Assembly (NCBI GenBank): GCA_964016885.1
Contig: OZ024746.1
Location: 37,510,001-37,574,000 of the forward strand
Source: Eledone cirrhosa
Taxonomy: Eukaryota
DNA length: 64,000 bases
Direction: 5' to 3'
The first letter of the stretch is position 1. Every line of letters starts with the position of its first letter. Shown in pieces: positions 17,046-29,150 of the stretch. Position numbers and translations under genes: made by a program. Under the pieces are notes generated by a model that saw only the letters and a list, made by a program, of their open reading frames with translations, had not been told where the DNA came from and did not search any database.

Positions 17046-17109
17046 ATTTCATTATATATATTTCGGGGATATCATATTAACAATATGCTATGCCTTCATC
17101 AGACAAAAT
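17046..17109 (-). ncRNA. Minimal type I hammerhead ribozyme (unit 2, left arm)
   Basis: Reverse complement of 17235-17298. Confidence 0.75.
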
Positions 17110-17234
17110 ACAATATAAACAGTTTTATAGATAAATAGATTCGACATACCGTAATAAACATCGACTTCTTCAAATGAAGTCGATGTTTATTACGGTATGT
17201 CGAATCTATTTATCTATAAAACTGTTTATATTGT

Positions 17235-17298
17235 ATTTTGTCTGATGAAGGCATAGCATATTGTTAATATGATATCCCCGAAATATATATAATGAAAT
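17235..17298 (+). ncRNA. Minimal type I hammerhead ribozyme (unit 2, right arm)
   Basis: CTGATGA...GAAA-TATATA-TA with stem I ATTTTGT/ATGAAAT. Confidence 0.75.
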
Positions 17299-17337
17299 AA
17301 ATATGGTTTTATAAATATAGTTTTCCATTTATTTAAT

Positions 17338-17386
<49 letters not shown>

Positions 17387-17514
17387 AAAGTTATATTTAA
17401 ATTGTTGGGTTACAACTAGTAAATATTAATAACTGATATAAAAGCACTCGACAAGTATTTGGAGTATATTTACGATATTAAATAAATGGAAACTATATTT
17501 ATAAAACCATATTT

Positions 17515-17578
17515 ATTTCGTTATATATATTTCAGGGATATCATATTAACAATATGCTATGCCTTCCTCAGACAAAAT
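17515..17578 (-). ncRNA. Minimal type I hammerhead ribozyme (unit 3, left arm)
   Basis: Reverse complement of 17603-17666. Confidence 0.78.
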
Positions 17579-17602
17579 ACAATATAAACAGTTTTATATT
17601 GT

Positions 17603-17666
17603 ATTTTGTCTGAGGAAGGCATAGCATATTGTTAATATGATATCCCTGAAATATATATAACGAAAT
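17603..17666 (+). ncRNA. Minimal type I hammerhead ribozyme (unit 3, right arm)
   Basis: ATTTTGT-CTGAGGA-AGG...CCT-GAAA-TATATA-TA-ACGAAAT. Confidence 0.78.
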
Positions 17667-17708
17667 AAATATGGTTTTATAAATATAGTTTCCATTTATT
17701 TAATATCG

Positions 17709-17739
<31 letters not shown>

Positions 17740-18139
17740 TGATAACAAGTGGAGTATATGAGAAATGACATTATTATTATAATTTTGCCGATCATCATCA
17801 CAGCAGTGAGCAAATTATACAGTAAATATAAGATGCAAATTATACAGTAAATATTAAGATGCCAAAATTGGTAATTCGTATTATTATCTACCATTTGTTT
17901 TATTAGTATTGCTTTCATAACTTTAATTGTGATCACCATAAGGCTGCTGCTGAAATGGCTGTTGATGACGAAGATGACGATAAAGATGTTTCTATTATTT
18001 TCAATAACGACAATAACAATTATAAAAAAAATGATATAACTTCAATAAATGTAGCAACGGTTATGCTGATGCCCATGCCGATACTAAAGACGAAGCTGAT
18101 GATGATGTTAATGCTGTTGATCAATAGCAATGGGAATGG

Positions 18140-18162
18140 TGGTGATGGTGATGGCGATGATT

Positions 18163-18207
<45 letters not shown>

Positions 18208-18240
18208 CTGTTGATGTTGGTGGTGATTATGACGATGATA
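18140..18240. repeat. (GAT)n microsatellite within larger degenerate trinucleotide region
   Basis: Direct. Confidence 0.9.
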
Positions 18241-19359
18241 AAAATTATAGAAACGATGATTATGATTTAGTTTCAGTGTAGATGAAAAAGTGTACTGTTA
18301 GTGCTATTGATGGCGATGATGATGCTGATATTCCTGCAGCTGCTGCTGCTCCTGATAATGAATACGATGGCAATGATGCCAACGACGATAATTATTATCA
18401 ACATCATGACGTTAATATCCATGTTGGGAAAGAAAATGTTATCGCAATAAGAATCATTTATAGAAATCCAGTACGCCTGTGTTTGGTTGATGAAATGACA
18501 AGAGAAGTGAGAAATTATTTAGAATCATTTCAAAAACAAGAGTCTATCATTAAGAAAAATGCATTTCTAAAAAATGTAACCAAGATAAGAAATATGACAT
18601 ATCTATGCATTACTAGGAAACGGCCATTACATTATATCACGCTCTGCATTGTTATATAAGTCAGATGATACTCTCATAATCAGGACAGAATTGAGACGTA
18701 CATCCACAGTAGATAATGTGAACATGCCGAATCACGACTTCTAGCGAAGATTATCACGCCAGCTAACAAATTGTCCTTCTATGTGGTGTCTCGAATCTGC
18801 TAAATATAGCAATTATATATGCCTAAAGAGGACATATTGTGTACTATTGTCATATATACATATACTTCGATACTTCGTATTTGCATTTGTTTTACAAGAT
18901 TTATTATCTAAAAATCTGTGTTGAAACAAATATTGTTATATTTTGTGAACGTCATTCTGTCAATTTAAAGACAGGCAACTGATAAACTTTCAGTCGGTTA
19001 GGCTAATAAGCAGGTGGTAATTTATTTTTGATTTACAAAGTACTTTCACCACACATTCTGTGAACTCCTTCGTGAATACCTTTGGCATATTGTATGTCTC
19101 ATTTATACTGTCATACGCTAACCTTCTTGAAAGATGTGAACTTTGCCTTTCATCCTTGCGAGGCTGATAACAAAGACACCAGTCTAGTACAGGAGACGAG
19201 TATTCCTTTATATCCCTTTCTCCCTTTCTATCCTCTTTGGGGAGAAATATGCCTCGTGCACACCTGGAAATGGCGTGTACCACTGCGGTGCTCCAACAAA
19301 ATGCGTTACTCGCCAATAATGTGAGGAGCAAATACATACTTTCGAAAAGTAATTCCCGT

Positions 19360-19545
<186 letters not shown>

Positions 19546-20383
19546 ACTCATCTTCCTCTCTCTCTCTTGCCCATTCTCTCTCTCACCCCCCCCCCCCCCC
19601 CAACCCACACACGCCCCCCTCTCTATCTCTCTCTGTATTCATCTTCCTTTTTCTTCCACTTTCCTGCATCCTGCAATTTACTTCTGCCTCTAGGAATTTC
19701 TCTCCCAATGATATGTTTCCCAGTATCAGGTTTCTCTATACACGAGTTCTTTGAAAGATTTATTATTCTTACAACAAACTACCTCACACGAAAAAGTGCC
19801 GCGTTATAAATGAATCTAACGTATACTAGAATATAGACACTATCAGGAATATATTTTGGGCAGTGAATCGGATGATTCGATTTTAAAACAGACTCAACAA
19901 ATTGCAGTAACAAAAACATTCCGAATGGATCGACTTTGCATTTCCTCGTCGTGGGACGGATGAAATTAGTAATAGTCAATAATATTCATTACTATTCTAG
20001 AGTACAATATTCCACAAAAAATAGTTGGCATTGTGCCTCAGATAAAATGCAATATATGAAATTTATTTCCTCACTGGCTTGATGTCAATTCATATTAAAT
20101 ATTCGTAATTTACTTTAGGAAATTCTGGAATTGATAGTGAGTTTCAGGTCACAAATGTTGCTGTACCGTAATCAATAATATTACACCAAACTTCATTAAT
20201 TATGGAATGGAAGAAAAAACCGTTTAGGAAAAGGGATAAACATGTCTATTTTATATATATACATATTATATATATATATACAGAGATATATATATATACA
20301 GATATAGATAGATACATAGATAGATAGATAGATAGATATTCATCAGAACGATATTAGTGTATATTGCAAACGCTGCCATGCAT

Positions 20384-20418
<35 letters not shown>

Positions 20419-20504
20419 CAGTCGATCGACTTTCGTCAAATCGGACCGAGGAAACAATGTTCCGTCGGTCTTTCCAGTTGCTAATACTATCTATCGGTCG
20501 CAAC

Positions 20505-20631
20505 TCCAGGTAGAAGGAACAACGTGAAATAAAGTGTCTTGCTCAAGGACATAACGCATCGCCTCGTCCAGAAATTGAACTCACAACCTCAAAATTGTGA
20601 ATTCAATTCTCTAACCACTCAGCCACACGCC
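20505..20631 (-). mobile_element. tRNA-derived SINE with CORE-like domain (second SINE family)
   Basis: Minus strand GGCGTGTGGCTGAGTGGTTAGAG (A box)...GTGAGTTCAATTTCT (B box)...GTCCTTGAGCAAGACACTTTA (CORE-like). Confidence 0.7.
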
Positions 20632-20815
20632 TTCACTATATATATATATAGATAGATAGATATATATAGATATAGATATGTATGTATTGTATATATACAC
20701 AAATACATGTGTATGTGTGAGACACACTAGTCCTCAAACATTCAGGATTAGCCAACATTGACGTATATACTAACATATGTATACAAATCAAGGTTTTTTT
20801 TTTCTTATGAATAAT

Positions 20816-20990
<175 letters not shown>

Positions 20991-21296
20991 TACTTCATGT
21001 GTCCGTTTACGTATTTTGTGTATGAGTGGTTGGTGACCATGTAAACATACAGGGGAACATCCGGAGTCATTGGGTACCCTCTGAACCGTAATAAAACTAA
21101 ATATATTTTCGTCGACATGTATAAATGTGCCTCTATGTTTATGTGTGCGTGTGAAGATAATGTTATGAAATGCCAGTGACGGTTTACTATCGGATGGAGT
21201 GAATTGAGTTGGTTGATAGTGCGTCTGAAAGAGCTTCGTTCTGGTGCATAGACCAGCACACAACACATATACACACGTGCACCATCCCAATATATA

Positions 21297-21398
<102 letters not shown>

Positions 21399-21439
21399 GA
21401 TACATATACCAAAATATACGGTAGTGTCCAATCCCTATG

Positions 21440-23544
21440 AAGAACTCAATGTAATCGAAATATCATGAACAGAAAAGATGCATTCAAAACTTTTCGATGA
21501 AATTCATAGGAAAACAGAATCAAGATAGTGAAGACGGAACTGAAACTTTGGCACTGAAAAAACCACACTTTAACCTGAAAGATCACAAATCTAACTTTAA
21601 CTCTAATGCTTCTATAAGACTTATACGCCCTTCCATATCTGACATTGGCATCATTAGTAAAAAAAGGTTTAGATAGAATCATCCCACAATTAAGAAACCA
21701 CGTTAATTTACCACTATCGGAAAACACATCCCAAGTAATTAACTGGTTTACTAATATTAGAAATAAATCGTCTGCTTCATTTCTACAATTTGATATAGAT
21801 GTTTATTATTCCTCTATATCACCCATACTCCTGAACAAAGCCTTGATATTTGCCAAAAATAGATCAAACTTAACTATGGATGACATTAATATTATCACGC
21901 ATGCTAGGCAAACACTACTGGAATTTCAGAAGGAATACTGGACCAGAAATACATATAGTAATCTCTTCGACATTACTATGGGCTCTAGTGATTCCGCCCA
22001 AATTACCGATCTTGTGGGACTCTTTCTTCTATTTAACATTAATTCATCTTTTCCCAACCTTAAAGGTGGTTTATATCATGATGACTGTCTTCTTTCCACT
22101 AATCTTAGCTTGTCAGAAATTGAAAACAATAAAAAACTTTTTAGAACTTTCCTCAAAGACTATTACAATCTCACTAATACATTTGAAAGCACCGGTAAAA
22201 TAGTCAATTTCCTAGATATAACTTTAGACCTATCTACGAGTATCTACCAACCTTACCATAAACCTAAGCAAAACCTACATTACATACACTCACAATCCAA
22301 TCAACATAGATCTATCGTTAAAAACCTAGCATATAATATCTCACTCAGAATCTCTAACCTTTCATCTAACCAGGATGTATTCGATAAAAATGCGCCCTTT
22401 TATAACGAAGCTTTAGCTAGAAGCGGCCACAAAAACAAATTAGTCCATATACCTTGCACCAATAATGCTTCCAACGTACAACTGAATATTACCAACACCA
22501 CCACATAAAAAACCCACACCTAAATGCCACTCATACTACACCTAAAACACCAACCTAAAACTTAATTTCTCTACCTTTTCTCACATAAAATATAATGACT
22601 TTCAAAAAACCATTCATCCTAATACTCCAATATATGTTAACAAGATTACTAACAACATTCAGACTAAAACACCTAAATCAGTTAATTTAACTAAACCTAT
22701 ATATAATTAATAAATTCACTAATAGTAACTCTCTTAGTAAACATCCTGATACAGCGTATAAATATAAAAAAAACAATATCGAAACCGTAATATTCGAGTT
22801 ACTTGGTATAAGGCTCTATTTAATCTAGAAATTAAAGACAATATCCCTAAAAATTGTTTTACTATCCTAGAGAAAACTTCCCGCCAAACCATAAATACCA
22901 TCAAATTTTAAATAGATCAACCAAATATATACAACAAAATATAAGTGCGTACAACGTATATAAATGTTAAAAAAAACACAAATATACCACCAACACATCA
23001 AACCAACCATAATACTAAAATAAACCGCAACAAACCACCATCTCCTTATCCTATAAGAAGTCGAGTAAATTCCACACCAAATTTGACTAACTGCCCTGAT
23101 ATAATATTCACGAATGGTTGTAACTGTAGAATCAAAAGGAATTGCCCATTAAAGGGAAATTGTCTTATTAATAACATAGTCTATAAATGTAAAATTAGCA
23201 CTAAGGACTCCACTTATTCATATATAGGAGCTACGTCTAACCAATTTAATGTAAGATTTGATACCCACAAACATAGTTTTAAAAATGCCGCATTAGCTAA
23301 TACAACCTCCTTCGCTGAAACAATTAATAATTATAGAAAGAAGAATATCGATTACAACCTGACCTGGAGTGTGCTCAAAAGGGCAACGCCTTATCAAAGT
23401 AAGAGATACGAGTGTAGGTTATGCTCCCAGGAACTTTTTGAAATCATGAAATCTAAGGATATCCTATTAAATAAGCGACAGGAATTAATTATATCTTGCA
23501 ATCATAGAATTAGAAGAACCTTCAAATATTATAAACCTAATTAA
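21440..23544 (+). pseudogene. Frameshifted PLE RT-GIY-YIG ORF (RT piece 21645-22508; EN piece 22945-23544)
   Basis: LKDHK, FLQFDI..YYSSI, FDITMGSSDSAQITDLVGL, GGLYHDD, NFLDITLDL, CNCRIKRNCPLKGNC, IVYKC..YIGAT, CRLCSQE, CNH. Confidence 0.92.
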
Positions 23545-24032
23545 TTACATATTATTATAATTAGTTTTTTTAATTTAGTTAACCTATAATTAGTACTTTA
23601 CTGTAGAGAACCTCATCATTTTTCCCTCTTACAGCTCTCTTTTCCTAAAATTAATACCTAAAAGTTTACATATAAATTAATTTAAAATCCTCTTATGAAT
23701 CTTCATTACTTGTAGTTTATATAATATTGGAATTTCTCACTACTAACCCTATCCCACAATTTTACTTTCCTTCGTTTTTTAACAACACTCTTTAATAACA
23801 TCTAATTCTTATTTATCACATTCATATGAATTAATATAAATGTATCCTCATAAGTATACGTATCAATTAATTTTATTTCTTGTTATAGATCTAGATTCCT
23901 TGTGGTTTAAATGATTGGTATTTCTCACTATAACCCTTACCCTAAAATTTTATATTCCTTCGTTTTTAACATTATTCTTTCATAATATCAACTTTTCGTG
24001 TACCCTTCACTGGCTTAACGTCTTTTCATCGC

Positions 24033-24109
24033 CAAAGTATTCTTTTCATTCAAAGTATTCTTTTCATTCAAAGTATTCTTTTCATTCAAAGTATTCTTTT
24101 CATTCAAAG
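24033..24109. repeat. 18-bp tandem repeat CAAAGTATTCTTTTCATT x4
   Basis: Direct. Confidence 0.95.
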
Positions 24110-24340
24110 CATAAGTCTGCACTCATCTACCCCTAAATTAAATGTCTACTACCAATATTCTATCAACTTGACCTCTAACTACTTTTATATTGGTCAATTC
24201 AAAACCTGTTCGCAAACGGACCTTTTATATTAAATCATTGTTGTTTTTTTTCAATAAACAAACCTCATCATTTCTCAAGACAGCATGTATATGTGAAGGT
24301 GTGTATATTTCCTCTGACCATTTGTAATATTTTTACATAG

Positions 24341-26389
24341 TTCATCAAGCGAATTAGATGGAGGGCCTTCTTCCTCGACAACCCTGATGTAGCATCTACC
24401 AATGATGAGAAGTTGGGCTTCAAAACGAATAAGACACCACCCACCAACAGCCTACTCCAACCATTTGAAGAAGACCTCTTCAAGATGATCAAAGATTTTA
24501 AATTCCGTAGAGCCACCACACCATTCCAGGCCTACTTAAATGCCGAATTGCGGAATATAAAAAAATCCCCTAATATTTATGTCTCCTCCGATAAAACCCA
24601 AAACGTTTATGAGGTAGACCCACAGACCTACAATAAGCTGGCCAAAAATACCATCACGACCACCTACAAAAAGGTAATAGAGATGGCACTGACTGAGACA
24701 AACGCGGCCGGAAAAGAAATCGCCAAGTCCCTTAAATTGCACGACCGAACCGAACCTTTAAGGGTAAAGACCCCGCACTTTACCCTGAAGGACCATAAGG
24801 GAAACTTCCTCAACAAACCATCAGTCAGACTTATCAACCACACTCGTTCTGACATCGGCTCTATCAGTAAGAAGATCCTGGATAGAGTTCTACCATCATT
24901 GCGGGCTGCCTTACCACTTCCACTCTGGAGCAGAACATCTGAGGCAATATCATGGTTCCAAAAATTACCCGACAAACACGACACTCGCTTCCTGCAACTC
25001 GACATAGAAAACTACTATGCCTCTATCTCGGAGCCCCTCCTGAAGGACGCAATTAACTTTGCCAGGAATTTTACCACCATTACCGATGCTGAGCAAGTTG
25101 TTATCCTCCACGCTCGTAAGACCTTTCTATACCACGATGGATCTTACTGGATCAACAAGAAATCTCAGACCCCATTTGATGTTAGCATGGGAGCGAGTGA
25201 CTCGGCTGAAATTAGCGACCTTGTGGGCCTGTACATCCTACATCACCTGAAGAACCTCTTTACCGGCCTAACGGGAGGTTTATACCGAGACGACGGCCTC
25301 TTCGCCCTGCATAAGGTTAACCCCAGAACCACCGATGGGTTTCGGAAAAACTTAAGCTCATTCTTCTCTAATCTAGGATTTAGTATAACTATAGAATCTG
25401 ATTTGACTAGGGCCAACTTCTTAGATGTCACTCTCGACCTAGATACTTCCCTCTATTACCCGTACCACAAACCTAACGAGTCCCTTAAGTATATTAATGT
25501 TAATTCAAACCACCCCCAAAACATCACTGATAACCTAGTAAAAAGCGTCTCTATTAGAATATCTGGCCTCTCCGCCAACAAAGATATTTTTAACGCATCT
25601 GCCTCCTACTACAATGACGCCCTCGCCTGTAGCGGATTTAAACAAAAGATAACATACCTAGAAACCACTGCAAGATTGCAGAGGAGGAATAGACATAGGC
25701 AGATTAGCTGGTACAACCCTCCCTTCAATAGAGAGGTCTCTACTCCGATAGCTAGGATTTTCTTCACTTTGCTGAAATTACACTTCCCCATACAACATAG
25801 GTACCACACCATCTTTAATAAGAACACAATAAGACTCTCCTACTCCACCACACCTAACCTAGCTAGGAATATAGCCAACCACAATTCTAAAATATTAAAT
25901 AAGCCAACCACCTCCGAACCCAATCCCCAGACTGGGGCTCTGTGTAATTGCCTAAATAAGGAAGCATGCCCACTTGAAAACAAATGCCTCACAAATGATA
26001 TCGTATACAAATGCGATGTCATCTCAGGCACCGATGTTTGCAAAAAAACTTACATCGGCATGACCTCAAACAACTTTAAGACCAGTTGGTATGCCCATAC
26101 CCACTCCTTCAGAAGACCGGACAAATCAAACCAGACAACACTCGCCTCCTACGTTTGGGACCTCAAAAGGAACTCCACCCCCTTCACGCTTAAATGGAAA
26201 ATACTCCAGAAAGCGCGCTCTTACAACGGAGGACACAAGGGCTGCGACCTTAGTATTTCAGAGAGCTACGAAATTGTATTCGCCAAGGGCCCGCTACTGA
26301 ACAAACTCTCTGAACACTGCCCGAACTGCATGCACAAGAACTTCGCAACTTTCAAACACTTTAAGCCAGTGTTAAAACCCGATGGCTAA
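24341..26389 (+). CDS. PLE (Hydra-clade-like) reverse transcriptase + C-terminal GIY-YIG endonuclease; open frame, 5'-truncated
   Basis: In frame from FIKRIRWRAFF (24341); SDKT, LKDHK, QLDIENYYASI, MGASDSAEISDLVGL, GGLYRDDG, NFLDVTLDL, CNCLNKEACPLENKC, IVYKC..YIGMT, CMH; no in-frame ATG at the expected N-terminus. Confidence 0.93.
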   Translation, partial: FIKRIRWRAFFLDNPDVASTNDEKLGFKTNKTPPTNSLLQPFEEDLFKMIKDFKFRRATTPFQAYLNAELRNIKKSPNIYVSSDKTQNVYEVDPQTYNKLAKNTITTTYKKVIEMALTETNAAGKEIAKSLKLHDRTEPLRVKTPHFTLKDHKGNFLNKPSVRLINHTRSDIGSISKKILDRVLPSLRAALPLPLWSRTSEAISWFQKLPDKHDTRFLQLDIENYYASISEPLLKDAINFARNFTTITDAEQVVILHARKTFLYHDGSYWINKKSQTPFDVSMGASDSAEISDLVGLYILHHLKNLFTGLTGGLYRDDGLFALHKVNPRTTDGFRKNLSSFFSNLGFSITIESDLTRANFLDVTLDLDTSLYYPYHKPNESLKYINVNSNHPQNITDNLVKSVSIRISGLSANKDIFNASASYYNDALACSGFKQKITYLETTARLQRRNRHRQISWYNPPFNREVSTPIARIFFTLLKLHFPIQHRYHTIFNKNTIRLSYSTTPNLARNIANHNSKILNKPTTSEPNPQTGALCNCLNKEACPLENKCLTNDIVYKCDVISGTDVCKKTYIGMTSNNFKTSWYAHTHSFRRPDKSNQTTLASYVWDLKRNSTPFTLKWKILQKARSYNGGHKGCDLSISESYEIVFAKGPLLNKLSEHCPNCMHKNFATFKHFKPVLKPDG

Positions 26390-26627
26390 AAACGACCTCA
26401 TACTATTGGCCCCTATACCTACTTCCCACCCTACCCCCACCCCACCTCCACCTGAAATACGGCCACTATGGTTATGTGAGTACCTCTTACCTATCTACAT
26501 TTATGTAGTTATATGTATGTGTGTGTATATATGTGTGTATATATATGTATATATATGTTTGTATATGTGTGTGTGTGTGTGTGTGTGGGCGTATATGTAT
26601 GTATATGTATGTATGTATGTGTGTTTG

Positions 26628-26666
<39 letters not shown>

Positions 26667-26670
26667 CTAT

Positions 26671-26977
26671 CTAAGGCGGGTAAAATTCCCGAGATCCATG
26701 GACGAGTTCTCTCCAGCGGTCTCTGTCCCTCATTATCGCTGCCATATCCTGCATCTCCAACAGACCAGTGTCTGTCCTTAGGGCATCAACATATGTTAAC
26801 CTTGGTCTTCCCCTTCTAGTGTGTCTATGTAGGGGCTCCCAAAGGAGCACTGAGTGCAATGTCAACTCTGGATGTCGGTGAGCATGTCCAGCGAACCTCA
26901 GTCTCCTCTGTGTCACTTTTGAGCTGACTTTTCGTATGGTCCCATACAGCTCTGAGATTTTCATCCTCAGTGTATAG
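26671..26977 (-). mobile_element. RTE-clade LINE 3' end fragment within microsatellite
   Basis: [13 protein letters not shown]...VLLWEP...[10 protein letters not shown]...DRDRWR C-terminal motifs. Confidence 0.85.
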
Positions 26978-26984
26978 TGATTAA

Positions 26985-28439
<1,455 letters not shown>

Positions 28440-28445
<6 letters not shown>

Positions 28446-29071
28446 TTATGGTTGCGCGCTAGTGTGTGAGTGAGTGTGTTTTGTGAATGTGTCTGTTTAT
28501 TTTTGGCATATAGTTGAATAGTTTGAGAAATTTGAAGATATCTGTAAGATATGCACTCAATATTCTGAATTTGTCTACAGAATTCTCTAAACCTTTGTCA
28601 CTTAGTAGAATTTTAATGAATTTAGCTTTTAAAGAATCTCCCTTTCCTTTAAATCTATCTACCATGACTGACCCCCCACTGATGTTATATACACCTGTTA
28701 GCTTAATGGAAACTTAATAACAAGGAATGGCTTGCCGTCCTGAACCTGTTTATAGAATTCTGTCTGCCTTTGTTACTCTAAAAACAAAAATAAATAAAAA
28801 TAAACTATAGCTTTGTAGAATTAGCTTTTAATGAATTCCCTTTTCTATCAACCAATGACCTACACCCATCCCACTCCCCACCCTCTCCTACCACTTGTAG
28901 AGACCTATAAATACCATACTTATTTTTTGATACCCAGATTCCTGATGATTTCTAAAGAATGAAACAGATCTAGTCCTGTAGAATCTCATCTATATTAAAA
29001 CTGTTATACTCTGCAATGTATTGAGTACCTTACTTACTGTGGTTACATCCGATTCAATCCGGAATAACGTA

Positions 29072-29074
<3 letters not shown>
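28440..29074 (+). mobile_element. PLE 3' UTR/pseudo-LTR with hammerhead and tail (family D)
   Basis: Homologous to 61258-61800 (minus) and 16071-16118; ends in (TA)n. Confidence 0.75.
28936..28986 (+). ncRNA. Type I hammerhead ribozyme
   Basis: AGATTC-CTGATGA-T-TTC-TAAA-GAA-T-GAAA-CAG..CTG-TA-GAATCT. Confidence 0.75.

Positions 29075-29147
<73 letters not shown>

Positions 29148-29150
<3 letters not shown>

Larger units (their letters stand above)
16437..17710. mobile_element. Array of three palindromic PLE-3'-end mini-elements (16437-16866, 16914-17343, 17385-17710) separated by (TA)n
   Basis: Units 1 and 2: 168-bp arms around loop TTCAAAT plus 87-bp tail; unit 3 turns around at CAGT (17589-17592); homologous to the 3' end of the PLE at ~35720-35950. 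Confidence 0.9.

Noticed and set aside
16437-17710. CRISPR-like or DNA-transposon MITE interpretation of the array
   Set aside because: No spacers or cas genes; arms are homologous to a PLE 3' end and asymmetric, unlike TIRs
14909-18659. Asp-rich or Met-rich ORFs
   Set aside because: Products of (GAT)n-derived low-complexity DNA; no domain or splice support
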